The position numbers and the translations under genes were made by a program. Under the pieces are notes generated by a model that saw nothing but the letters and a program-made list of their open reading frames with translations, did no database searches and was not told the DNA's origin. DNA of 61,025 nt, filler included, from Sluysia triapertura (lineage: Eukaryota), in the NCBI GenBank assembly GCA_046118255.1. It is 3 parts of 3 records of this genome, joined end to end, with 100 filler letters (N's around TTAATTAATTAA, not from the genome) between each part and the next. Parts side by side here need not be neighbours in the genome. Positions count along the whole stretch, not along the records: positions 1 to 27,035 come from JBJNIA010088685.1; positions 27,136 to 45,617 come from JBJNIA010145276.1; 1 more part is not named here. One strand, 5' to 3'. This document shows, in pieces, positions 24,950-37,446 of this stretch. The first letter of the stretch is position 1; the number at the start of each line of letters is the position of its first letter.

Positions 24950-26280
24950 AATGCTGTGCCGCATTTCATCATCATTATCATCATCATCGTCTAATTCTTG
25001 TTCATTAAACATAATCTTAATTTATATGCTATAATAATCCATTTCATCTCGAATTTTATCTTTTATGAATATGTCGTTGAATTTCTCTGGTTTATCTTTT
25101 GATTTTGATTCTTGTCTCTGAGTTTTTTTCTTAGCATATTCCTTTAATATTATTCACTTTTCTCATTGTTTTCAGTTACACATTCCCTTAGCGCATTGAA
25201 CCATCCTCTGCAATCTGTACGCCAATTTCCTATCTTTTTTATTATTTATCTTGGTGATTCCTGCATAGCTCTTGCTTTAGGTTTATTCAATTGATCATCA
25301 TCCTTATTTTCATTTTCATCTTCACGTACAGATGTATTTAATTGACCGTTATTTACCTGACTCTCTCCCTTCTTTGTCTTTTATTGTTTTCCTCCCTTTG
25401 ATATAATTTATACCAATCCTCATCATCCATTCTGGCAATATATTCTTCCTGTTATGTTAACTTTATTTCTTTCTTTATAAAATTTATTGTCATTATCATT
25501 AAATAAAATAGATTTGATTGTCCATATCTTTAATCATTTCTTCTTGGAGAATTGTTTAGACGTGTCCAATTATTCATAGGTGTAAATCTAGGAGATCCTC
25601 CTCTAAATTGTTCTTGGTACTTAATATATGGAGTTGAGTTATTATAGAATTGTTCACTTTTTTCATAAGGTGTGTCCTTGTTCTCTTCTGAAAATTTATA
25701 ATCCGTATGACTTTTGTCTAATTATTTGTTCTTGGGCAACAGTTTTTATCGGCTTTAATGTTTTATCAAATTTACTCTTTTAATTCTGAGATCGTGATCT
25801 CTCCTTTATAATTTTATTTGCCTCATGGAAAATTTATATTGTGCTCCTTATCATTAATCTGTTCTCTAATTCTCTAGCTTTTTCCAATAAGCTTTATATC
25901 GTTCAGTATTAGAGGCTGTCAATAAAGTTCCTATATTCTTTTTAATTCTTTTATTAAATTTGTCTGTAAGTTTTCCATCAAACTTTCTTTCTTCACTATT
26001 TGTTTTGGGTGGATAAGCCTTTTCTGCCAAACTTCTCAATTAATAAGCATCTTCTGCCACTGTTTCTTCTCTCTCTAAAAATCGTTTACTTAAATTCTTT
26101 ATATAATCTCCTGCTGTCTTTTATAAAAGCCACTTTTAGTTTTTCCTAATCATTTTTCTTTGATTCGAAGATGAATTTGAATACATTTGATGCATGTCCA
26201 GTTAAAAATGAACAATTTTCTTTCTGCAAAATTTTTCTGTTTTCAAGCTTTGGTTGAGTTGGCATTTGTGCTTGGTAATT
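24950..26280 (-). mobile_element. Decayed LTR-retrotransposon gag
   Basis: Minus strand FLTGHASNVF...EKLKVAF...EFSKRFLEREETVAEDAY*LRSLAEKAYP...LTDKF...EKARELE, a retrotransposon gag pattern with stops and frameshifts. Confidence 0.7.
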
Positions 26281-27035
26281 AAGTTTTCGCTCATTGTATT
26301 CTTATGTGTTATTATTTCTTTATTTTTATTTTCTTTAGTCACTTTTGTTAAAGATAATGAAAAACATGAGGGTCAGGATTCAGGACAACAAAAGAAAATG
26401 AACGTCATTGAGGAATTGAGATAGGGTATTATGATGAATCAAAACAAAATAATGAGAAATATGAAGAAATAACTCTTTACAAGGTTTTATTTGTTAATTA
26501 ACTTAATTAAGATTTGTTTAATTTGATAACTCAATAAAATGTTATGGAGTTAATTATTCAAATAATAACAAATTTAAATAATATGTTTTTATATGCATTT
26601 TTTATGTTGGCCTTGGCCTTTTATTAAAACAAATAAAATAATAATAATTGTTAAATAAATAATTATTAAATAAACAAATAAAATAATAATTATTTTATAA
26701 TATGATTTGAAAATATTTTAATAATATTAAAAATACTTACGTTAGTTTAATTTTTAAAACTTCAAAATTCAAAATTTTCTAAATAATTAATCCAAATAAT
26801 AAATCAATAAACTTATATAGTAATAAATCAATAGATCAATAAAGTTATAAATATTTACCAATAATAATATCAATGTTTGTTTGTATCCACTAATCATATT
26901 GTTCGTATTTAATAACTTATAAATATTTACACACTAATCAATGTATACCAATAATAGTATATAAATATTCAAACACTAATCAATTTTGTTATTTAACAGA
27001 GAATATATCGAGATTTTGAATTTATTTAGTATTTG

Positions 27036-27135
27036 NNNNNNNNNNNNNNNNNNNNNNNNNNNNNNNNNNNNNNNNNNNNTTAATTAATTAANNNNNNNNN
27101 NNNNNNNNNNNNNNNNNNNNNNNNNNNNNNNNNNN
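27036..27135. other. Assembly spacer (N44-TTAATTAATTAA-N44)
   Basis: Exactly 100 nt with a six-frame-stop linker at 27080-27091. Confidence 0.97.
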
Positions 27136-27494
27136 AAATGAGTTGAGTGGTGTTTTATGTTTGAAGGGTGTGATGAGTGGTGTTGTTTTATGTGATGAAT
27201 TTTTATTTTATTTTTAAGTTAAGGGGTTGGCCACTACATAAGTGATAAACTTTCTTCATTCGATAAAATGTTAAAGTAAATAAATAGTTAAACTAAATAT
27301 AATGATTATAATGTTTAAATTAAATATACTGTTTGTTTATTTTATCTTTGTAATTACGCGACACTTAAATAATCATAAATAGTTTAATTACTCGATCAAT
27401 CATATACATGTTAGGTTTTCATCACAAGCCTTTAAATTCTTAAAAAAACAAAAATAATGTTAAAAAAATTGTTTTCTAAAAAAGAAAATAAGTT

Positions 27495-27545
27495 TTCTAG
27501 AATATTCTAGAAAATTATAGAATTCTGTTTAGTTTTGATTGGCTG
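27495..27545. promoter_or_regulatory. Heat-shock element plus CCAAT box in LTR-like repeat
   Basis: TTCtaGAAtaTTCtaGAA (27495-27512), two more near-perfect units, then attgg at 27538. Confidence 0.6.
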
Positions 27546-29149
27546 TTAACTAGCACAGAAAATAATTGCAATGAATCACAAAGCCCAAAAATTAGTATTA
27601 ATTTTGGTTATAAAGATTTTTCGCCATAATTTTTCATCAAAAGACATCGTTTCGGTGTCAGGAAAGTCAGCTGCGATTATTGGATATATTATTAAATATA
27701 CTCTTGGAGTCAAAATCTTAAAATCTACTCAAAATCTCATTTTAGTTTATTTTTAAACTCGAATTTTAAATTTTAAATTTAAATTAAATACCTTTGAGGT
27801 TTTAATTATAAAATACTATTATTGTGGCTTGTTTATTATTTAAATGACTTCTGTTGTCTAAAATTCTTTTAATAAAATTGATAACTCGTAAAGTGTTTTG
27901 CGATTAATTGAATAGGAAATTAGAAATTTAAGACTCTGCTAATATATAAATTACAAATAAATCGAGAAAGACAGCTTTTGTAATTCAAGATTAAAGTAAG
28001 TTGCCTAAGTTACGACATACAAAGTACATTAAAGAGTAAGAAATCGAAAGATACTTTTGCCATTTTTAGTTACAAGAACACTCATTTTACGGTGTAAGTC
28101 GTTTACTGTAATCGGACTTATAGTAAAATTATTTTGCCGTATGTTAAGAGTTAAGAAAACCACAATATGTGTATTGAAAATTTTAATGATGTTCCTGTAA
28201 GTTCTTAAACGGATGTTTGGGAAATATTATTATCATTTATTAGATATATACACTGTTTCATTGGACATTTTTGCTGTATGTACAAACACAATTTATATTA
28301 TAACAAATTAACAATATTATTTAATAAATAAACACGAATAAACTATTACTGTATTATATGTAAATTAAAATTATGTAATAAATGTAATTTGAATCTGTAA
28401 TTCTATATTTGTAAAAATAATTTATGTTTATAATTTTTTAAAATATTTTAATAAATTCTAAGAAATGTAATAGTTATCATTAAATTATTATTATATTTTT
28501 ATTATTTATCAAAACATTATTATTATTAATTTAATTATTCATTAAAAATATTATTATTTCTGCAAAGATTCTGTTGTTTTGAAGTTTAATGTTTTTTATG
28601 TGGTGAGTCCATTACAATCTTAGTCTTACTCACTTAAGGGCTGAGTTGTAAGTAGCAATTAAGAAGAATTTAATCGGAGGTATCTACAAATATCAAAGTA
28701 AAAGTGGGTGTGTTTTGCTAATGAAAATCGTCTTTGCTATAAGTTAGAATTTAAAGAATTCTTTTTTGTGCAAATGCTCTAATCGATATAAATTTTATTT
28801 TTTCTCTTCTCTTTTACAAAATCAGCAAATATATGTTGAGTGGTATTTTACTACCGTATTGAAAAAACGGTATCCTTAATAAACTTTTATAATTAAGCAG
28901 AAATTTAATGTATATTTTTCAACCGAGTAAAATCGGTGGCCTTACTTTTTACGCAATAAGAAAAAAATGCAATGAATTATAAATATGTAAAGAATTTAAG
29001 TAGGCTTTTAACACAGTTCTATTCGTGTGTAAACTTAATATAATTAGCTTACTAATTTTTGTTTTTACAATCCTTCTGTCAAAAAACGAATTTGCTCCTT
29101 TCCGATAAATCAAGAATGACTCTTTTTTCAACAACTTGAGAATGACTTC

Positions 29150-29230
29150 TTTCCAATAAACCAATAATAACTTCTTTCCAATAAACCAATAATAACTCCT
29201 TTCCAATAAACCAATAATAAATTTCCTTTC
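29150..29230. repeat. 25-bp tandem repeat x3
   Basis: tttccaataaaccaataataac(t/c)c repeated about three times. Confidence 0.9.
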
Positions 29231-32200
29231 AGGTAATGCACTCCAAATAAAAATCGATCCTTTTTAAAGTAAACTGGTCCAAATGAACTTTCAGTAAAAA
29301 TTTTAAAGAAAATTTGTTTTTAACTCTTGTGCGTGTTTAGAAAACGTTCAGCTATTTATATGTCTTTTCTTTTTATAGATAAAATATTGAAAATATTAAA
29401 AGATCAAATTAATAGAATTGATAATTAAAATTTTAGTAAAATATTTAAATTTTAGTAACATAGTTTTAATTTTTATCTACAATTATTTTAATTTTTTGTT
29501 CAAGTAAGTTTTTATCTAAACGAATAATTTTTATCTACAATTATTTTTAAAGTAAATTTTTTATCTCAAAGTGAATGAATGTAATTTTATTTTATCTAAC
29601 TTGAAATATGCACTAATTAATTAATTAATTAATCAATTCTTTTTAAATTTATTTATTTTTGAATTAAAATTTACATAATCATTAATCTTGTCCTTTTTAC
29701 CTTTTTACATACAATGATCTTTTAATATCTACAATTGCATTAAAATTTGTAGTCATGCTTACTAAGTGTTAGACCCTCAAGCATTATATTTGATTGTAAA
29801 GTTGTAATTATTAACTTATTTAGTTACAGAAAAGCCAAATATACGTAGTAAGACGTTTATTGTAACCAGACCCAGCCTTAGGTTAGGAGTTAGAAAAATC
29901 CACAGCAATTTTACATACACTTTTGGTCATACCGATGACATAAACTATTGCCAGTTTTAAATTTTTCATATTACTGAAATAAATGGTTGTAGCTAAATTC
30001 ACGGGACCTGTGATGCCATAGTTTCATCCAAAATCTCATACTTCATAATAGTTTGCATTTCCGATGGTGCCATTTTCAACAAAATTAATTTTTAAAAAAG
30101 TTCTTAATATTTTTATAGCCTCGAATGATTTCTTTAAACAGACAATAACCGTAAAATATTAAGTCAATGCCAAATAATATGCTGTTAATTTGCAATATTA
30201 TTAACTAGAAATTTCATCCTTGTCAACCAAACGTTACATTTTTGTTACCAAAAATTTCCTTTATAATTATGATGTTTTTCTTTTTCGTTTTGTGGCTCCT
30301 CGAAATTATTTGAAATATTTTCATAAAAAGTCTGCCTTTATATATTTAGATCTTAATTTTATGAATATTGAATGCTACAAATTATATTAATAGAAATTTG
30401 TTTTATTGTTTTTTAAATATATATATATTAAGATATGTACAAAGACATTGTTATAAATAGTATCAATTTTAAAACAATCCATCAAAAATTTAAATTTAAT
30501 ATTAATTCAATTTATAATATATTTGATCGTAATTTGATCGTAATATTTATCTTTTAAATACTTTAAATCTGTTAGACATTTCTATCTCACAATAAGTATA
30601 AACTAAATTCTTAAGCAGAGTATCTCATTTACTTTTTCGATACCACCACTTGATAAAAATTACTTCCGTTATTATTTTAAAAGTAAATATATAAGCCAAT
30701 CTACTTTAACTAAAACTTTGACGTAAAATATGCACACATATGCTTTATAACTGTCAATTAATAATTGAAATATTATTACTTAATTTATTAAATTCATAGT
30801 AATTTATTAATTAATTCTGAATGTCTATAAGAAAAGTTTATGCTGTTTATAGTTTAATGAATTATAGATTACCGAATCAATAATTGATGCAAATATAAAA
30901 ATGACTGAGACTATTTGCTGTCTGTAATAATATATTATTTAAAATGTATATTTCAACGATATTTTAACAAAACAGATTTTGATTACATTTTAGATCTACG
31001 AAAAAATAGTTTGACACCACAGAAATCAATATTTTGGATAACTAATTCAATAAACCTTAATGAATTTAAAGACAATAGTATGGTACATAAAACTAAGTAA
31101 CAAAATGATTTTATGATGGAAATATTATTTTACAAATGCTAAAGAGTGTAAAAATAAAAGTAATACTTAAAAATATTATAAATTTATTAATAACTTATGT
31201 TATTAATAAAGGTGTTTAACAATTGCAAGATTTAGAAGATATTTATTCATTTTATAATAATGTACATTTTCTTTTTTGTTTCTGTAACTACATATTTGTT
31301 TCCTAGGTATTTATTAATTTAATTACTTTGTCAATTGGTCGCATGAATAAATAGATTGATTTTCAAAGATCAATTGTTTAATTAAATAAATTTATTTTAT
31401 CAATTCCTTTGATCCTACTATTGATTGTTTAATTAAACGCTGTTTGCATTTTTATTCCATCTTTTTCTATATCTATTTTATATTATTTTGAGGAAATAAT
31501 TCGTTTTTATTTTTGTCGTGTATGAAGCCATTCAATGCTGACTCACGATATATATTTGTGTTTTTGTTGGAACATGCATTGTTTCAACAAAACATTGCAA
31601 AACCACGCAATGCCAGAAAGACTGAATAATCTAGACGTTCCATCTGACTCTGGTCTCATCTGATCAGTGCATAACTTCACGAGTCATTTAATAAAGTTGA
31701 CTAAGCTCGTCGAGAGTTTTTTGATTATAAGCCTAGTGTTTACAGATCCTTGACAGAAGATATTTGTTTTGAATAACAGTTATTATTTTAACACGACACA
31801 CGAACGTTTTCCTCATTTTAATTTGAATAAAAATTATTGAATACTTAAATACTTAAATAAATACTTAAGAAATAATTAACTAGTATTTTATAGTAATTTT
31901 CTGCATGCCCAAAATATTTATTTCTTAGTTTTACAAAGTAAACATTTCATTTTAGGAATATTAATAATTAATAATAATGATGATAAAAATAATAATAACA
32001 ATAATTAAGGATAATGATAATAATTAAGTACTTGTATAATATTATCTTATTGTTTTAGTGAGTAGATAATAATAAGTAAATAATATATTTTAAAATATAA
32101 TAAAAATAAAAGTAATATTATTTTCAAATAATTACTTACTTACAAAAGTAAGTATTAAAAAGAAAAACAATTTTATTTTAACGTTTTAGAACGTGAATGG

Positions 32201-33217
32201 ATAGAAAATGGTATATAAACCAGTAAAAATTTCAATCATTATTTAGTCATTATTTAAATTCAGATTTTGTAGAAACTTTCAATAATTCGTCGCTATCTTG
32301 TTTTATTTGTTTCATTTAAATAACATTTAAACTTTAATTCAATTGTTTTAACACAAACCTTAAAATATAAGTAAAATGACATTTGTAACTTTATTTCGAT
32401 CGATTTAATGAGAGCTAAAATTCATAAATTATAAAATTAAAGGCTTATAAATGTTTAATTATAAAATGTACAACAATTTTACTTGTGCTTTTTAATTTTA
32501 TCGCTTGATCATTCATTTATTCTGTTTTAATCATTGTTTAATTTATATACCTCTATAAGTGTAAACCTTCTAAGTTTTTCTGTTTAAAATTTTTTCATTG
32601 CTTATTTTTTTGTGCATAATCTGTTGTAAATGAGTATCACATTTTAAAATACAATATTAACATTAAATAGTGGCAGCTATTAATTTACGATATCATAAAA
32701 TTTTAAGCAAAGTACATATTCGAAGTTTAAAGTTAAATTGAAATCAAATATTTGTAATTGTATTTAGAAACACGCCTAATGCAAGTTTTAAAGGATTTAT
32801 TGCAGCCAGACCTTTCTAAAAATTTATTTTTTTCTAGGTTAATAATAAAATACGCCAGAATACATTAAATGAAAATAAAATTAACAGAATATTTTGTAAA
32901 CTCTAGTTCTTATATAAATAAAAAAATTATTTAAATAATTAATAATTAACAATAGTAATAAAAATTATTATTATTATTATTATTATTATTGTTATTGTTA
33001 TTGCCATTATTGTTATATCAAAAATAACATTATTTTTTATTTTTGAGATAGGTATATATAATTAGTATGAAATTAATTTTTGTATGTAATTGCAAATTTA
33101 ATTTTTTAAATATAGACTACATCGATATTACTCGACAAATTATATAAATCAAATAAAATCACTGTCTTTGAAGCAAAATAACATTAATTATGGGTCATAT
33201 TTGATATGAAATTATGA

Positions 33218-33218
<1 letters not shown>

Positions 33219-33279
<61 letters not shown>

Positions 33280-33295
33280 GTACTATTATTATTAT
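33219..33295. repeat. (ATT)n microsatellite
   Basis: Long ATT run; shorter ones at ~32966 and ~57889. Confidence 0.95.
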
Positions 33296-36200
33296 TTGAA
33301 ATTTAATAAAATTTGCTGAAAATTTAAAATGAAGAAAATATAATAACCAAAAATGTCTTCTTTTCACATTTATACTAAGGTTTTTCATTTTGTTAATATT
33401 AATAAGTTTAAAATAATTTATTTATCATCATCTGTTAACTTTATTTTCAAAACATTACAAGTTAGTCGTGTCAATAAACATTAATTTTCGAAATTAATTT
33501 ATTTCTCTTGAATTATTCACGGATTTTAATCATCCTTAAATATATAATTTTGCTTATTAATAATAAAATCTAATAATAATAATAATTTTATAAGTCCTTA
33601 AATTTTGATTTAAATTACATTATATGATTCAGTTGAAACAAACTTTGAATGTAATTTTTTCTATCTTCATTATTAACAGATTCAATTTCAGATTCAATCA
33701 CAATATTGCCAATTTGCAGTGCAGTTGACCATAAATGCATCTATTTTAATGCCAATTTTGGTCAAAAACGCTGTTTTTTAAGTTTGTAATTCCATTTTCT
33801 ATTTATCAGTTGTTAATAAAAATAATCAATATTAAATGTGAAACATAACCTAATAATGCTAAAATCTTAATTAAAACATTACATTTTAAAACAATAATTC
33901 TTAAGAAAAAAGGAATTCTTTTAATATTTTAACTTTACTATAAATAATCATTAAAGCAAAAAAAGAAAATGATATTCTTTTAATTTTAAACAAGCAATAT
34001 TTATAAAAAAAAACAAATGTTTCAATTAAATTATAAAATTAATATTTGATGTTTTTTCAAGGCCGTCTTTGTTTTTATAATCTATGATTTTAAAACAAAA
34101 TTAATTACAACATTAACTGAAATATTGACAACATTTCACTAACGACAAATTATTGTTATAGTGATGAAAAAATAAATTAAATTTTTTATTTTATGTAAAA
34201 CTAATAAATTAATTTTTGTAAGTACACAGTTTCATTGTGTTTTATTTTATATGTTTAGAAATATTTACTATTGATTTTTAATAGTGTTTTAATTTTTTTA
34301 TCAAACAAAATTTTGAATAAATTGATTTAATTCAATATTTAAAATAACTCAGGATATATGAAATCTTAGTATTATTTTTTGTAGATATATTTAAATAACA
34401 AGATACGTCAAACATATATTTCAAAATTTTATCAAGCACAAATAAACTAAACATCATGTATAACTTACAAATATATTAAACAAATACATCATATATATTA
34501 AAGAAAAACAAAATCACATAAAGACTTGGCTCTAAAAACTTAAAATTAAACAAAATTTTTTCTAACAATGAAATTTCTATAAGAAAACATGCCCAGTTCT
34601 TCCTAACTTTTTATCATATTTTCATTTTTTTTCTCCAATCTGAAATTCTATGTTTTCTGCATAAAAGTGGTGCAGATAGCACCAAATTTCATTCAACTGA
34701 ACAAAATGTTCATTCAAACACATTAAAATTACCAAATCGATTTATTTTGTGCCTCTTGGATTATTTATTTTAGAGTGGTCGCTTAATTTAACTTTAATAC
34801 TTTTAATTAGAAAAGTCAATTTAAATTCGATTTTGTTGTGCTGCTTACAATTTGTTATTAGTAAAATGTGACATGCTATTTTCATTGATTATCGATTTAT
34901 TAAATATTAAATATCGATTTATTAAATATCGAAGTTAAATATTAAACCAAATCCTTTGTTTCGTATTTACATTTCTCGATAAATGTTTTAACACTTATTT
35001 TATCATGTGACAGAATAGACTGCTTATTTCGAATAGGAAATCCACTAATATATTTTTATACGAACCCACCGAATTCTCACATCCAACATCAGATATTCAA
35101 ACTTCAATAATGATCTATTTGTCATTCAGCAATACTTGCTCAATCATAAATTATATAGCACTTTTATAGGATTCTAATTTTTTCATCATTAGAACTGTTT
35201 TATCATTTGGAATACCTCTTTTAATTAGTGCAATTATTATTGTTATTACTCTAAATATATTAATAAATATCCAGTAACATCTTCATCATTTTCGTCTTCA
35301 TCCAAATCACTGTTACCAGTGTCAGAATCTATAAATACCAATAGTATATTACCTAAATTTGAATATATGTATTTTGAACCTGATATTAAATTATCTACCC
35401 TAGTACAATATCATTTTCCTCGACATGGTTTATTAACTTTTCCGATGGACATCTCTTCTATAACTTCTATATATGAAACATCTGAACAAAGTGACAGTGT
35501 AAATAATTTATCAGTACATATTAGTCTATTATTATCATTAAATTTAGATTTTCATCAACTAAGTACCATTCCCATAATAATACTGCGAAAATGAATAAAT
35601 AATATTAAACAATATTAAACATTCGCCTGACACAATACCATCTTATCAAAATGTAATCTGTGTTATTGTATTATTTGTGTATTATCTTTTTATTAAACAA
35701 TATATTTATTGAAAACATTTATTATTAAAAATATTAAATTATTATTAAAATATTTATTAAAAAATATGAAGTTAAATTATTAAAAAATATTTATATTAAA
35801 TAATTATTAAATTTAAATTGGATAAAAATTAAATTATTGTTTTAAACAGCTAGTATTTTATTAATAAACTTACTAAAAATAGTGTTTAAAAAACTATAAA
35901 TAGAGTATAATATATATTCAAGTAAGTATTATTTGTAAAATTTTATCGAGATTCTTAGAAAACTTTTATCATTACTTGGAAAGAGTTACGAAAAATTTTA
36001 ATAAAACTTTTATCATTACTTGGAAAGATACTTGGGGAGAAAACAACTGCGGAGGGAACATTATTTGCGAGAACAGTGAATAAGAATTATTCAAAAAATT
36101 ATTCAAAGAATTAAAGAAATTAATTTAATCGTTAGTTTTTACACTTTTAAGATTTAGTTAAATTTTTAACAAAATATACGCAAAATTTATAAAGTTTAAA

Positions 36201-36749
36201 AGTATTCTTTGATACAATATAAAATCCCATTTTTAATCTTAAACCTAACATATTAATTATAAATTTATATTGTAAAAGATTTATATAACAGGATGTTTTT
36301 CTTGTAAAGATTTTGTTTAATTACATTTTAGAATTAACAATTTTATTGATACTTATTATCATTTGGATAAATAATTTCGAATACAGAAAAATTTGCGTTT
36401 TTTTGTGTTTTTCTTTTAATTGATAATATTTTAAGAAAAATAATTTTTAATATTGATTCAAGTTATAATAAAGTCGTAATTGAGATAAGTCATTAACTAT
36501 TCAAACTAAGAAATAATTTCATTAAAATTAAATATTAAAGCCTCCAAATTCTTGTCTTTTCTGTCTTAAAAGCTGCGAATCTGTGTGCTGGCCCTTTAAT
36601 GAGTAAGTCCATTATCATAGAGAACTTACGTTAAGAGTAAAGCAATTCTTAATTTAATCTAAATTTCATAATAAAAATTCTGCATAGCAAAGAGACTATA
36701 GCCAACTGTTTTAGACATGGATTTGATAATTTGAGAGGTTATAATGCAA

Positions 36750-37060
36750 TAAATAAGTTAATAATACAGCTCTACCGGATACTAACATGGATGTTTCTGA
36801 TGACTTCCCAATATGTTCAAATTTCAATATTGATGATGCGGCTTTCCTCGAAGAGGTTGAACCTTTAAATAAACTTGAACTTGAGGAAACATTAGAACAA
36901 GATGATCCAGAGATCACACATGCAGATACTGTACATTATTTCAAACAATTTGAAAGATACCTTCTAGTGCATATTAACTTAGCACTCAAAAATTTGGAAA
37001 TCAATTGCTAGAAAGCAAACAAACTGATCTTCAAAAATAACAGATTATCTTTTTTTAATG
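36750..37060 (+). mobile_element. Possible pogo/Tigger transposase C-terminal remnant
   Basis: Acidic stretch then EITHADTVHYFKQFERYL...LKNLE...KNNRLSFF, like the ISHxEA..L..Y / KQ..I..FF tail of Tigger-type proteins. Confidence 0.4.
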
Positions 37061-37446
37061 AACATCCAGCTTTTGGGTTACTGTGGCGCTCATTATCTCA
37101 AAATGTTAATGTATATCATTTGATTATTATATAACTCTCAGTCCTAATGGGTTTAACTAAAAACCTTTGAAAATATGAAAGTATATTAGAGTTACTTAAA
37201 ATTTAAACATTTAAAGTTTTTGTTATAGTTTTTTATTTTAAAATATTATATAATAAAGGTTTTTATAATATGAAATAAATAAAATATTCCTTTATTTAAA
37301 TATTGTGTTTTAATTTTAAAATAAGCGTGAAAATTATAACGAATTTAAATAACAGTTTTAAATTTAAACTGTAGTTTAGAGTGCTTTATTTCTATTTTCG
37401 TTTACCTTGTTTAATAAATTTAAGTGTGAACTTTTTAAAGTTGATT

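Noticed and set aside
29150-29230. CRISPR-like array
   Set aside because: Head-to-tail repeats with no spacers, eukaryotic context and no cas genes.
34500-35640. Coding-like debris including ORF 35319-35594
   Set aside because: No frame gives a supportable domain.
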